Shown: positions 38,801-51,119 of the stretch, piece by piece
Layout of the letters: each line of letters begins with the position of its first letter
How positions within the stretch are numbered: position 1 is the stretch's first letter
From: Vicugna vicugna
Lineage: Eukaryota
Direction: 5' to 3'
Length of the DNA: 64,000 nt
NCBI GenBank assembly: GCA_013265495.1
Contig: MU058531.1
Span: 1,424,911-1,488,910 of the forward strand
The notes under the pieces: model-generated
What the model saw: the letters and a program-made list of their open reading frames with translations, nothing else
Database searches by the model: none
What the model was told of the DNA's origin: nothing
Made by a program: the position numbers and the translations under genes

Positions 38801-39824
38801 AGAAGGAATAAAATGCACACCTATGTCTTCTATACTTTTTGAACACCTACTCTGCTTTGTGGGGAGCGAAGAGATGAATCTGTACAAGATGATTCCTTAA
38901 TTTTCCCATCCATAAAATGGGGGTGAGTTCCTATTCTACAGCAATATTAAAATTAGTTTCCTAAGAATAATACATGAATAAAAAGATATTTTCGAGACAA
39001 TCAGGGAAACAATATGAACCAGGTATTAGATGATTTTAAGTAATTATTATCAATTTTATTAGTTATGATTATGGTATATTATTATGTAAGAAAATATCCT
39101 AATATTTTAGAGATCGATGCCAAAGAATTTAGTGAAAAAAAGGCCAAGATTTTGGGATTTGCTTTAAAATGTTTCATAAATCAAAAAATAGATAAATCAA
39201 GTGTTGTAAAATGTTAGACCTGTTGAATCAGTGTGATAGGAATATGGGGTTCATCTTACAATTTTCTCTTATTTGATGAAGTTTTAATGTTTTTTTAACA
39301 ATAAAAATTTTTTTTTTAAAAAAGAATACATGAACCAATCCTTGGAAAATACATCGCAGAGTCTGCAGTGCCCTGTAAGAGCTCATTAAGTTAAATTTAT
39401 TAAAATGCATCGTAATTCAAAAGGCACTTTTGTATGTTTTCTCATTTTGCTTTACAACACCCATGTAAGGATCAGGAAACTAACTCAAAGGCAGACTGAT
39501 CTTGCCAAGGCCACACAATTGGTTAAAAATTGGAAGTACCAGAACTGAAAGCCAATATTCACAACTCCTAACTTAACTCTTTCCAATACCTGGTGTTGGA
39601 ATATAGAGGTATCTTTTCTAATTCTAAAGAATAAAGTTTATGCTTTTACAAGGGTTACTGCAATTTCTGAAAACATTAGAATTAAGATGAGGCATTTTAC
39701 TTGATTAGGGTTGTGTCTTTATAACTGAAATAGTGGGTTAAACTAGTAGAAAGTCAACCAATTTATTAGTTTAGGATCAACTAAGAAAAAACATGTGGAT
39801 TTGTGTGTGTGCACGTGTATGTTG

Positions 39825-40273
39825 TGTGTTACAGAAATGTTTAGCTGCAAATGGCAGAAAAATCAATTAATATGGATTTAAACAAGAGAGGAATTTATTT
39901 GTCTCACAAAACAAGAAATTCAGACATAGTCCAAGCTGGTGTATCATTTCCCCAATTTCAGGAATGTTCTAGATTCCTTCTGTCTTTCCTGCACTGTCCT
40001 GATATTCATCCTCATGCTTGCAGCCGACTATTATAAGATTGTAGCACCATATCCACTCATCATATCCTTGCTTCAGACAGGACAGAAGTAGCAAAAACTT
40101 TCCCTAAAACATTCAGCTTACACCACATTGGTCAGAATTATGTGGCATGGCCGCCTCTAGTTGCAAGGAAGTTCAGAAAAGAAACCACTCTTAACTGGGC
40201 CTATTGCCATCACAAGTTAAATCAGGGTTCTGCTAGCAAGACAAAAGGAAAAAATGAGTAACAGTGTCTGCCA
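39825..40273 (-). mobile_element. MLT1J/K-like MaLR LTR
   Basis: ttagctgcaaatggcagaaaa...ttggtcagaattatgtggcatggccgcctctagttgcaaggaag...agggttctgctagcaag. Confidence 0.65.
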
Positions 40274-40392
40274 TTCGGACTCGTTCTGATGTCTTCAGCA
40301 ACCTTAGAAAACAGTTTCTTTTAACATAGACTCGTGAAAATTTGAAATAGGTTCACTGTGCATGGGATGCTTTTATTGTGCCATTTGCTGTT

Positions 40393-40393
<1 letters not shown>

Positions 40394-40426
<33 letters not shown>
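40394..40426. repeat. (TTG)n microsatellite
   Basis: Directly visible. Confidence 0.9.
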
Positions 40427-40428
<2 letters not shown>

Positions 40429-40911
40429 TGTTTTTGTGAGTGGAAAATAAATTAAAATTGGGATTAAGATTTAGAAGAGGTATAAATATATGTACCCAGA
40501 TAGTGATACTCCTTTGGAAACGTCTAAAGAGGACACCTAAAACCCACCTGAAAACATATACAGATATCTCAATTTTATTGCCATTAACATTTTCTTCTAC
40601 AGAGTGCTGGACTGAGGTCATTTCAACATAGCAATGGGCTAAGACAAGATGTAGCCAAATGTAGTTTGTCTCATCTATAAACGAGAACTTCTGTGAAAAC
40701 AGTATAAGAAAAGAACCCCACCCCCAAAAGAAAAACGCTATTTAGTCTTTTAAGCTTAGTCTTTCAGAGCTCATTTAAACCTGCATTTATAATTGCAGAA
40801 ATGTTTGCTTACATATATTCTAAAGAATGAAGTTAAGATACATTAAAGTTCATTGATAAGGATGCCACTCATTTGGGGGTATTCTTTTAAAGTTCAGATG
40901 TGACTCCGGAG

Positions 40912-41108
40912 CTGTGCCGTCCAATATGGTAGCCACCAGTCACATCTGGCTACTTAAATAAAAGTTAACTAAAATGAAAAATTAAGTTCTTCAGTAACAG
41001 TAGTCACATTTCAAGAATTCAGTAGCCATCTGTGGCTAGTAGCTACGCCTAGGACAGCACAGACATAGAACATTTTCACCACTGCAGGAAGCTTATTGGA
41101 CAGCACTG
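40912..41108. mobile_element. MER3 (hAT-Charlie MITE)
   Basis: TIRs ctgtgccgtccaata / tattggacagcactg; 8-bp flanks ctccggag / ctctagaa resemble the NTCTAGAN target. Confidence 0.8.
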
Positions 41109-41944
41109 CTCTAGAAGATCAGGACTTCTAAGATGCAAAACCAGACCAAATCCTCTAAATGAATGCAGCCCATCATTTGAAGCATTTTCATCATTCCTCT
41201 TTAAGAATGGTCTTCAGAGCCCCTCACAAGCCACATTAAGAAAACATCCTATTATCATTGATTCTGAGTTTATTGAGTGCCTTCTCAACAGCACACTCCA
41301 GATAGTGTGCTGCACATGGGGATCCAAGGATTGAGGAGACATGGCCCTTCCCCTCTGTGCCATGACCTATGGAAGGAACAAATAACTAAGATATGATGTA
41401 ACAGGTGTATAAATATCACTATGTACAGCATGCTTGGGGAACAGAAAGAAACAAACAATTGATTCTAGTTGGGACGTTAAGAACAAGTCTTCTTTATAAA
41501 GAATTCAAGTGAATGTTACACTAGGGGTTTCAGAGTTTTGCTTTGAAAGATTATTGAAGTATTGTTAAACAAAGGACAGACAAAAACTTACGTATTTTGA
41601 AATGGTCATTCTGATACCAATCAGAGCAGGTAAAAAACTGAAGGTAAGACCAATTGGCAAGCAGTAACCAGTTGGGTTAGTGATGTTAAGGGATTGACTA
41701 GGTCAATGGCCACAGGTATCCAGAGAGAAAGAACAGATTCAAGAGAGGTCTGATTCAAAATACAAAGGTTGATGAGCATCCAGCCTATTTCTCAGTCTTG
41801 GCTCTATATAACATTGAGCAATTAACAAATTCATCCTTTAAAGATAGAGTTCCCTCACCACTGGGGGTATTCTCAAGAATGAGTTGCACAGATTCAAAAC
41901 AGTATTTCAGGATGTTTCATTTTTACAAAAACAAAGCAAGAAAC

Positions 41945-41947
<3 letters not shown>

Positions 41948-42001
<54 letters not shown>
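41948..42001. repeat. (TG)n microsatellite; other TG/CA tracts near 18076, 30148, 32813, 36843, 51088
   Basis: Directly visible uninterrupted TG run. Confidence 0.95.
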
Positions 42002-42005
<4 letters not shown>

Positions 42006-43305
42006 ACAGACAGATAGATCAATAGATAAATATACATAGATGGGAGATTATGTAAAGATACAGACCAAGGTCTTAGTGATTATCTGAAGTTGGGTAGGAT
42101 TCAGAGTTTATTTTCTTCATTTTGCTATTCCGAATTTTCTAACTTTTTCTGTAATGACAATGTATTGTTTATGCAATAAAGAAAAGCTATTTTTTTAAAT
42201 AGTAATTTTTAAAAGTCACAGCCATTAAATCTAAAGGAGAGTTCTAAGACCATTTTTAATGATGTCAACATGGCTAAAAGAAGTTTATTTCCCCAAGTTT
42301 ACTATTTTAGAAAAACATTCAGTTGAAATCTGAAAAAGATGTTTTCTTTAAAAAAAAAAAGTTCAAAATTTCATAGCCATACCTTCTATAATTAAGGTAT
42401 TAGTTACAAACCATTTTCACCCAACCTGTCAGAACTTACTTTGCTATTGTTCACTAGATTAGTATCACTGTATATAATTACAGTAGAATGTTATCTATAA
42501 TTTAGACCTTCCGTTACCTTGTAATTTGGTCTTTCATTTTCTTCCACAGAAATAACCAGTTCTCTAACTTCCCTACCCCACTGCCAAACTCCTATCCCCC
42601 ATAGGTATAAAATGAGCTCCCGTTTGCCATCTGGACTTAGGAAGGTGAAGTATTTCTCCTGCCTCACTCCCAGTTGTTCTCGGGCTAAAGAGTTTTTACT
42701 TGTAAGCCATCACTCTTCCACTTCTCGCTGACACTTGGCAGAGATGAAAAGCATCTTCTCCACACCTATGTACAGAATGATCAGCGTTCTCTGTATGTCC
42801 TTCTCTACAACCCTCTCACTCCTCCCTGGGCACTCAGAAGCATGTTGGTGGCAGTTAGGACTGTTTCTCAAGACCAAGAGTTTCCCTGGAGCTGTCACTC
42901 TGCAACTATCCAGTGACCTCTTTCCCACCCGCCAAACCCCCATCCTGGAGTGCATGTGCATCAAGCAGGGAAGGGGTGGTGCATTAAGAGCAACGTATTT
43001 AACAGGAAGAAAAAGAAAACATCGATAAATTATTTTTTTGTATGCAATTCCCAGGTGAATTCATCAGTGGATTTGTTTAGAAATGGGTTATCTATTCTGG
43101 TAGAGTAGCAGAAATTAAGTTCTGACTTGCCTTGTTTTGCCAATATTTCAGCATTTTGTTCTATTGAATGTGACTACATGTACAGACCCACTTTTATTTA
43201 GTCTCGCACATGAAAAGAGAAAGCATAAGGCATGTAATTCAAGCGGCTTCTCAGCCAAGCATTTTAATCGCAAATTACTAAATATATTTGAAAACAATAG
43301 GGACA

Positions 43306-43600
43306 CAGTTGTCCCTCCTATCCAAGGAGGATTGTTTCCAGGGCTCCCATGGATACCAAAATTTGAGGATGCTCAAGTCCCTTGTAAAATGGTATAATAT
43401 TTGCATATAACCTACACACATGGTCCCATATACTTTAAATAATCTCTAAAGTACTTATAATACCTAATACAATGCAAATGCTATATAAATAGTTGTTGGC
43501 ACATGGCAAATTCAAGTCTTGCCTTATGGAACTTCCTGGAAATTTTTTAAAATAGTTTCAATCTGTGGATGCAGAGCCCATGGATGGGGAGGGCCAATTG
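43306..43600 (+). mobile_element. MER2/MER2B (TcMar-Tigger MITE)
   Basis: TIRs cagttgtccctcc / ggagggccaattg followed by TA; internal ggatgctcaagtccctt...tttgcatataacctacacacat. Confidence 0.85.
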
Positions 43601-45336
43601 TACTGTTTTCCCCTAGTATTTGTTCTATCAGCCTAGCTTGGCAGCACAGATTATCTTGAACTGTAGTTAAAATAAAGGTTTCTGTCTATAAAACAACATT
43701 TGAGTTGTTGCTGTATCGAAAGATCAGCACACTGACCTGCTAAAAGTAGGAGATAATTGCATGTTCCTTCCTATGAGTATTTCAGAAGGAAAGAAAATCC
43801 TGAAAAAGAATTCAAGAAAAATAGAGATGAGAAGACTTCAAAGTAACGGATGGACACATCATTTCCCGGCAAGGCTAATTAGCACTGAATTTTGCTGACT
43901 ATATGGCACTTACGCCATACCTTTTGCTAATAAACATTTAAATAGGTGACGATAGCAACTATATTAAAACTAGAAAGCCTTTCTACAAATGAAAATCAGA
44001 ATTTATCATCTGCAAGGAAATTTTAATACTAATTATCATATTCATTACGTGATTTGCTTCAGATCTGCCTGTTACAAATTCTGGGTTTGAAAAACCACGC
44101 AACCCCATTTCACCATGCACTGTAACTAACTAGTACTGAGTTATGCTAATAACTGAATTATGTAAAACAACAGATAACCCAAACATCGTCCCAAGCGTGT
44201 TTCAGAGATATTTTTGATTCTTTTATTTGGATCTGGATATCCCTGTTCTGAAAATTCACTCAACTTCAAGTAAAATAACAAAGCCACAACCGAAAAATCA
44301 GACGATCTGAATGTCGAGAAATTCCCTATTCTTAGCTGCCGACGCAGCGCACTGCATTCTTACTCTCTCCCTTCTCTTAGATCAGCAGGTGTCTCCGCAG
44401 CTCCAGTAGACTGAGAAAAGGAAAAGGAGGGGGCGGAAAGGAAAGGAAATTGTCTATGTGGCTTGGTCGTGGGGGTGGGGGGTGGTTTAATATGATTAAA
44501 AGCTTTCCTCCTCAGTTTTAAAGTTCGTACCCATATTAATGCTCTGACATTAAGGATTATGCAGCAGAGTTTGGGTCTGTCCATCTGTAACTTATAAAAA
44601 GAAACGAACAAGGAAGGGATAGGAGGCAGCAAAAGGATGCAAGGAGAGAGATGTAGGCGCGTGGGGACGGGAAGGGAGAGGCGGATTTGGCAGTCCAAGT
44701 GGGGACGAGAGGAACAGGAATGGAAAGTGTGGCCTGGCCGTACGGCCTTGCGGTGGGGAAGGTGGAGCCCACGAGGTCTCTCCCCTCTCCCCACTCCCAG
44801 GGTTTTCCTTGGTAGATGGGGGCTCGCGGCATCCAAAAAGGGTCCGTCAACCAAAAAAGGGAAGGTTGCCTCCTGAGGATGCGCAGGCTCGAGCCCTCTC
44901 TCCTGGAGCAGGCGGGCGGCCGGGCAGGGGTGGCAGAGACAAGCAGAGGCCCCTAGGCGACGGCTTTGCGGGCGCCGGGGAGGGAAAGGCCACCAGCCCA
45001 GACCCCGCGGGTCTAGACGCCCCACGTCTCGGCCGCCGGGACAGAGGAGGCTGCCGCGCTCGGCGCACCCCGCAGGCGCCACTCCGGCACGCTCTATCCC
45101 CGCGCGACCCTTTGCAGGCCTCGCCTGACACCCACGAGTCCCGACCCCCTAGCCCGGACCTCCTGGCCATCTCGGGCGACGGTCCGCAAACAACATGGCG
45201 ACCCGGCGGCGGCAGTGCCTACTCTCCGGGTCCCCGGTGTGGGCGAGGGCGTCCCGGACCCGCCACCCGCGAGCCGAGCCGGGAGCTGGGCGGGGGCGGC
45301 CGAGGCGAGGAGCCGGCCGGGCGCGCGCGGGGGCGG

Positions 45337-45380
45337 NNNNNNNNNNNNNNNNNNNNNNNNNNNNNNNNNNNNNNNNNNNN
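45337..45380. other. Assembly gap (44 N) in the core of the CpG island
   Basis: Run of N between gggcgg and agcagc, probably near the TSS. Confidence 0.95.
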
Positions 45381-45459
45381 AGCAGCGCGAGCTTCAGCCT
45401 CAGCCCGGCCGCCGCCGCCGCCGCTGCCGCCGCCTCGCGTTCCCGCCGCCCGGCCCGAC

Positions 45460-45609
45460 ATGAGTGAGGCGGAACGGGTACCCTCGCCTGCCGCGCCGCC
45501 GGCGGTGGCGGCGGCCGCGGCGGCCGCCGCGCCCGAGGAGAAGAAAGGGAAGGAGCCAGAGCGCGAGAAGCTGCCGCCCATCGTGTCGGCGGGCGCCGGT
45601 GCGACTGCG
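45460..45609 (+). CDS. HECTD2: HECTD2 coding exon 1 (50 codons, phase-0 donor)
   Basis: ATG at 45460 gives MSEAERVPSPAAPPAVAAAAAAAAPEEKKGKEPEREKLPPIVSAGAGATA, matching the recalled human N-terminus (MSEAVRVPSP...EREKLPPIVSAGAGATA). It ends at a consensus donor GCG|GTAAGT (45610) and lies in a CpG island. Confidence 0.95.
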
Positions 45610-47062
45610 GTAAGTGCCGGGCGGGGGCCACGGGGCGCCCCGACGGCGGGTCGGGAGGGGGCCGAGGGGCGCCCGGGGACGCGCGTCTCCTCCCGGGACG
45701 CCGGGACCCGCCCGGGGAGAGCGCCCGGGCCCTTCCTCGGGCTGAAATCAAAGAGTTGAGCCTCGTGGGCAGCCGCGGTTACTTCGCGAGCTGCACCTTC
45801 CACCCTCGGGAAATGTCGGGGCGGCTGGGTCCGCTAGCTCTTTTCGGTTATTTTCTGGTTGAGGGTCCCTCACTTTCTCTAAGGAAATCACCAGCATCTT
45901 GGAGTGGGCATCATCTGTCGGTTGAGGATAAGATGTCAGGCAGGCGGGTGTGGGTTTTCCACTGAGCTGCCTGTCTGGCTCGGGGGAGCGAAAATTTCCC
46001 CCCTTTCTTCGCTTTTCTTTCCCTTCCCCCTTCAGATTGAACGGGCTCCGCGGCGAGTTGCCACCTAATTGTGACCTTTTCGTTGCTGTCAGGGTAGTGG
46101 GAGGTAGATGCCTGGGTGATGGTTTTATATTTCGTATGATACGGATGTGTGACGTAAGGTGGGGAAGCTTTTTTAACCTTTTATTGAAACTCAAATGATC
46201 TGAGCTTCACGGAGATGATTTCCCAGCTGGATTTTTTTTAAGGATTATTTGGAGAGCATTCTCAGGCTTCAAACTACATATTGCCAGATGATGTAATGGG
46301 CCAGCCCCCCTTCCCTATTTTTACTGGTGGTTATGACTGTTTACTTTGGAGCACACACACAAAATTAACCTCTGATTTTTGAGATTTTTATTTTACATCA
46401 TATTTAAGTACTTCTTGAAACTTTAGTACATTTAAAGACCAGGACCCGTCATGCAGCCGTGCGTGACAAAATAGTAAAAGTTTAGAGAACATGATATATT
46501 TTCTTTCTTCCTGCTTGCAGTTCATTTCTTAAAACCTCCCTCTTAAATGACTAAGAACTTACTAAAATAGCTCACTAAAGCGTTATAGGAATGGTGTTTT
46601 GATTCGGTAGGTTTTTTTTTTTAACGTCTGATGACCGTGATAACTGAAAATTGTTAGAATTCACACGGCAGAGCGTGGACAGTGATAAAATGACACTTTA
46701 GAAAATGACTACAGTTGATTGGTAAATTGGAGTTGCAGGTAGGAATTACTTTGGGAAATGCTTTGAAGGAATTTGTCAGCCAACTGCTTGTAGACCCAGT
46801 TTCTGCTGGTGGTATCCTAGGCTTTCAGAGCTTATCTGGGAAGTTCTTAACTGGCAAATAGGCAGTGTTTCTCAGCAGTTCGTTTCTAAGTTAGTTGTTT
46901 AAAACAATGAATGCGTATACACTTACAGGAACAGTTATGTGAATGGATCAAGTCCTCAAGTAAGCATGCGCCCCCCAAAAAACTTCTTTATCTTCGTGTA
47001 ACTGAAAAATTGAAGACTTGAAATAAAAACTTGGAGAAATTGATGCAGTGTGGGCACAGGTC

Positions 47063-47322
47063 TACAGACTGTCACCTGAAACCTTTGGGGCTTTGAAATT
47101 CAGAGTTTTCTGGGTTTTTAGAAATGTGTCTGCAATGGAATGTGTGTGTGTTCAAGCTGAATGAGGTAAAGTCTTATCAGTAGCTTCATATCAGTTCAGC
47201 TCAGGTTGGATTGTAAGAGTTCAGGTCAGGTACATGTTTTGTCACCAAATGAAGTATGAAAACTTTACAGTTTTAAGAGCTTCTAGGATTTTGGAAGTGT
47301 GATCAAAGGATTATGGACTTGT
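47063..47322. mobile_element. Possible MER96B-like DNA transposon relic
   Basis: End agagcttctaggattttggaagtgtgatcaaaggattatggacttgta resembles recalled MER96B. Confidence 0.5.
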
Positions 47323-49009
47323 ACTGCTAGTCAAATAGAGGAATAGAGTTCAGGAAGTTTCAAAAAATCTTGAATAAAACCTTGCAAAGACACAGGTTAA
47401 ATTAGAAGAGGATAAGGATGAATAGAAAAACTTGAGATTCTGAAGGCAATATCTGGCACCTTACAAGCAGGGTGGGTAGCTTTTTTTTTTTAATGACAGT
47501 TTTTTTGTTGTTGTTTTGTTTTTGTTTTTGTTTTTTACTGACATTCACAGTTTAAGGGTCTTCTTTGAACTGACAGAGGTTTGTAATTAGGACCGATATT
47601 TTGAGTCATGACAGGAGACAAAAGGATTTTTTCTAAGATTTTGTAGCAGGAGTCAGAAGAGCAAGGGGAAAATGAGGAATTTACTGATGATGATGATGAT
47701 GGTGTGTGTGTGTATGTGTATGTATCTGTCAAAGAGAGATTTCTAGAGCTGGGATGCTGAGGTATAGCAGTGAAAAGCCTTAGTCAAGAAAATCTGTGCT
47801 TGGTCCTCCAGAGGGCGAGGAAGCCAGGGACTGGGATGACCTCTGAGTTCCCCAGTAGGTGTGGAAGGCCCTGGTGTGGGGGGGCATGGAGATAGCTTGT
47901 GGCCTGTTGGTGGTTTTCCAGCCTCCATGTGGATTAAACAGAGCTTCTGGAGGTTTGCTGAGGAACCTGACTGCCATCAGTAACTTCTTTCTTTGAGCCA
48001 TTTTAGTGATCCTTCCTTTTTGCACCAGGTTAACACCTCTGTCTATGTAGATTGAGTTTATGACTCAATTAATGAAGCCCTACAGTACTAGCTTTTCCCA
48101 AAAATCATTGTATCACATTTTTATGAAAGTTGGAAATAATTTAGAGTGACAACTCCCTGAAATAAGTAGAAGGCAGGTTATGATGACCTTTATTAAGCCT
48201 AAAGAGTTGGGACTGTATCCTGGAAGTTTAAAGAAAGGTGCAGAGGTGGGATTGAGGGTGCAGGGTGCCCTAAAGTGATTGATCCTGAGACCATCTAAGT
48301 GTGCAGGAAGTCCATGCTAGCTGAGAAGTGCCTAACACAACGGTCTCAAACCTGACTGAGCCCCGAGTTACCTTGGTAGCATGTTAAAGCCCTGATTCCC
48401 AGATCTCATCTGAGCACATCAGTTCTCAGCCTCTGATGCACCATGGAATAACCTGGGGAACTTTTAAAGCCATCATTGCCGAGGCCCAAATGAAGGCCAG
48501 TTAAACCAGAGCTGAGGCGGGTAAGGGCTAATGTGAACATTTACTGACATTGACAGAGTGGACTGGAGGAGAATATTATACAGTAGTTGCTGATGTAATA
48601 GAGAAGTTAGAAGTTAGAAAAAATTGGTGAATGGGGAAGGAGAAACGGTCAAAGGGGGAGCAGAAATAATAGTGATAAGTGAAGGTGAGTTTGTCTTCTT
48701 CAACATTTAAATCGGGTGAGAAGAGAAAGGGTGGTTCTCCGTGGGACAGGGTAGCAAGGAAGCAAGTGGGTTCCAGAAAGAAACTGCTCAGGGCAGGGAG
48801 GTGAAGGGGAACAGAGGAAGTCAGTTTTGCCCACAGTGAAGGCCAAGAGACTTGTCAGGTAGGTGGACTGTGAGGATAAAGGGTTTGACGTGTGGAGAGA
48901 ATTTGATAGGAAGTCAGTTACAAGAATGAGATGTTTGTATATGTTGTGTGCCTAAAGGATGTAGAAGTGGACTCACTGGAACCGCTGGGCCAAAATGTAA
49001 CTGCCTGTT

Positions 49010-49750
49010 ATTGAACATCTATTATGTTTACCTTGGGACTAGATGCTGCAGAAAACACAAAGACAAGTTTCAAAAAAAAAAAAAAAAGATTCCTGCCTCA
49101 GGGTAGGCAGGGCTAACACATAAAAACTCAACAAAGCAAAACAATGTGTAAGAGCCACCATGTGCCGTAGAAACAATTTGCACTACGGGAGATCAGAGAA
49201 GGGAAATCAGTGTGTGCAGAACTGGGAAGAAAAGCGTGAAAGTAAAGGCAATTATTTAAGCTGGCTGGGCATTGAAGGGTGATGGGATTTGGATGGGCAG
49301 AAGCAAGTGGGAAAAATAATCCAGTGGGGAAAACAACATGAACAAGACTTAAAGGGAAGAATTAGGGAGTAACACTGCAAGCCCAGTGGAAGCCTGCTGG
49401 CAGTTTGTGGGAGGTGAGTAAGATTGCATGGGGGCTGGACCAGATCACTAAGCAGGGAAGTTGGGACATTTTTTCTGTGCTTAGCAGGGAAACCTTTGGA
49501 GTTCTTAAATAGAGGAACGGCATAATGAAATCAGTGGTGGCATAATGAAATCAGTGGTCGTGGTTAGAGGTAGTTAGACTGGAAGAGGGAGGAGAAAGGG
49601 GTCACGGAAGGGGCTTTGTAGTTCATGTCTGAGATGATGGTGCAGCCACTAGGGTGGTGGCCACATGAAGGGTGTAAGGGATGGAAGAACTCACATGAAG
49701 TGGAGCCTACCTAGAGAACAGGGATGAGAGAGAAGGAAGTTGAAGAAAAA
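49010..49750 (-). mobile_element. L2 3' fragment
   Basis: ttattgaacatctattatg...ttcctgcctcaggg and purine-rich antisense L2 sequence. Confidence 0.6.
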
Positions 49751-51085
49751 GGATTCTAATGTTTCCAGACAAGTTCTCTCAGAGAAGAACATTTACATAA
49801 AAAGGCTGTCCAGCCAACAGCATTCCAAATAAACATAGGTGTGTGTGACCTTAGATAAAGCCTGCCTGTCTCGGTGTTTGGAACAACCTTATTTTTGGAA
49901 AATCTTGTACCCTTTGTCCATGATGTTCTAAAAAAGAGATGAAATGGGAAAGACTGAAGGCTATGGTGGTGAAGGGCTCTAAGCAATTTAATAAACCATA
50001 GATATTACAAAAATACATCACATATGCATATGTGTAATATATATAAATAATACAAGTGACTGCTACTCTTTGAGTACCTACTCTGTGCTAAGCATCTTCC
50101 GTGTATCTCTCATCTAGTCAGTTAATGTAACCACAATCACCTAATGGTTGTGACTGTGAGGAAGATACTGTCCCCGATTCATAGACAGGAGTCTGAGTGT
50201 GAGGGTACGTGTGGTGTACCTTGCCAAAGGCTGAAATGGCTGTTCAGGGGCAGAGCTTGGTTTCAGATTGAGACTTTTCTGTCTCAAAAACCTGTGTTCT
50301 TTCCCTTATCCCCTATACCCTGTATCTGTGGCCAGGAGTCAGGTGGTTCAAAGAACCTGCACCTATGGCAAGATTTCTTCTTTTAGAAAAGAGGATGTGG
50401 TCCAGTGATAGTTTGTTCAAAACTTTGTTACCAGAGATAGAACTATTATGGGAGAGAAAGATGTGTTCTAGGATATCTGATGATACCAGTTTTAATTATG
50501 GTATGAATTATCATGAAATTCTATATAAGATAAAACAGTCTCACAAAAGAAAAATAATCAGAGTCTTAAGACACAAAACGCGAGGGCTGTAGCTATATAA
50601 ATACATAACCGGGGTGTCTGACTTTGAGTGAGTTGTAAAGTTGTCTGTCAACTTTTTTTTTTTAACTGCAAAGCCATATTGTAGTTGCGTGCTTATTTTC
50701 CCATTCATAATTAATTCAGAATGTTAGGACACAAATAATTTTACTGTATTTAACAATTGAAGAAAAATGGTCATTGTAGGTTGTGAACCAGAGACCCTCC
50801 CAGAGTATCCAGTGTGATACTGCCTTGCTATTTGTGGCTCTGTTTCTATAAAATGGGGGAAATAGTAATAGAACCTACCTCATAGGGTAGATCAGAAGAC
50901 TAAATTAATTAACACACATGAAGTATTTAAGAAAGAGCCTTGACAAAGTAAGCACTCAAGCCAGCCAGCTCTTTCCACTCCTGTCTGGTGGCTTTGGTAC
51001 TTTCCTTTACAACCTGCTATATCAAGCCTCAGTCTCTATAGATACACCTTTATCAACCCATCTTGCTCCTCTTCCCTCACCACGT

Positions 51086-51119
<34 letters not shown>

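Larger units (their letters stand above)
44640..46070. promoter_or_regulatory. CpG island / HECTD2 promoter and 5' UTR
   Basis: Very high GC and CpG density against an AT-rich, CpG-poor background; GGGCGG boxes; YY1-like AACATGGCG at 45192-45200; GCC repeats before the ATG. Boundaries approximate. Confidence 0.9.

Noticed and set aside
43533..43541. Perfect GAS motifs (TTCCTGGAA here inside MER2B; also 7477 and 30129)
   Set aside because: A motif with six fixed bases is expected many times in 64 kb by chance; no clustering supports function.
44809..45759. 316-aa ORF and the other long overlapping ORFs (44360-45082, 45149-45751, 45219-45803, 45748-46194)
   Set aside because: Stop codons are scarce in a GC-rich island. 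Only 45460-45609 matches a known protein and it ends at a consensus donor; several of these ORFs cross the N gap.
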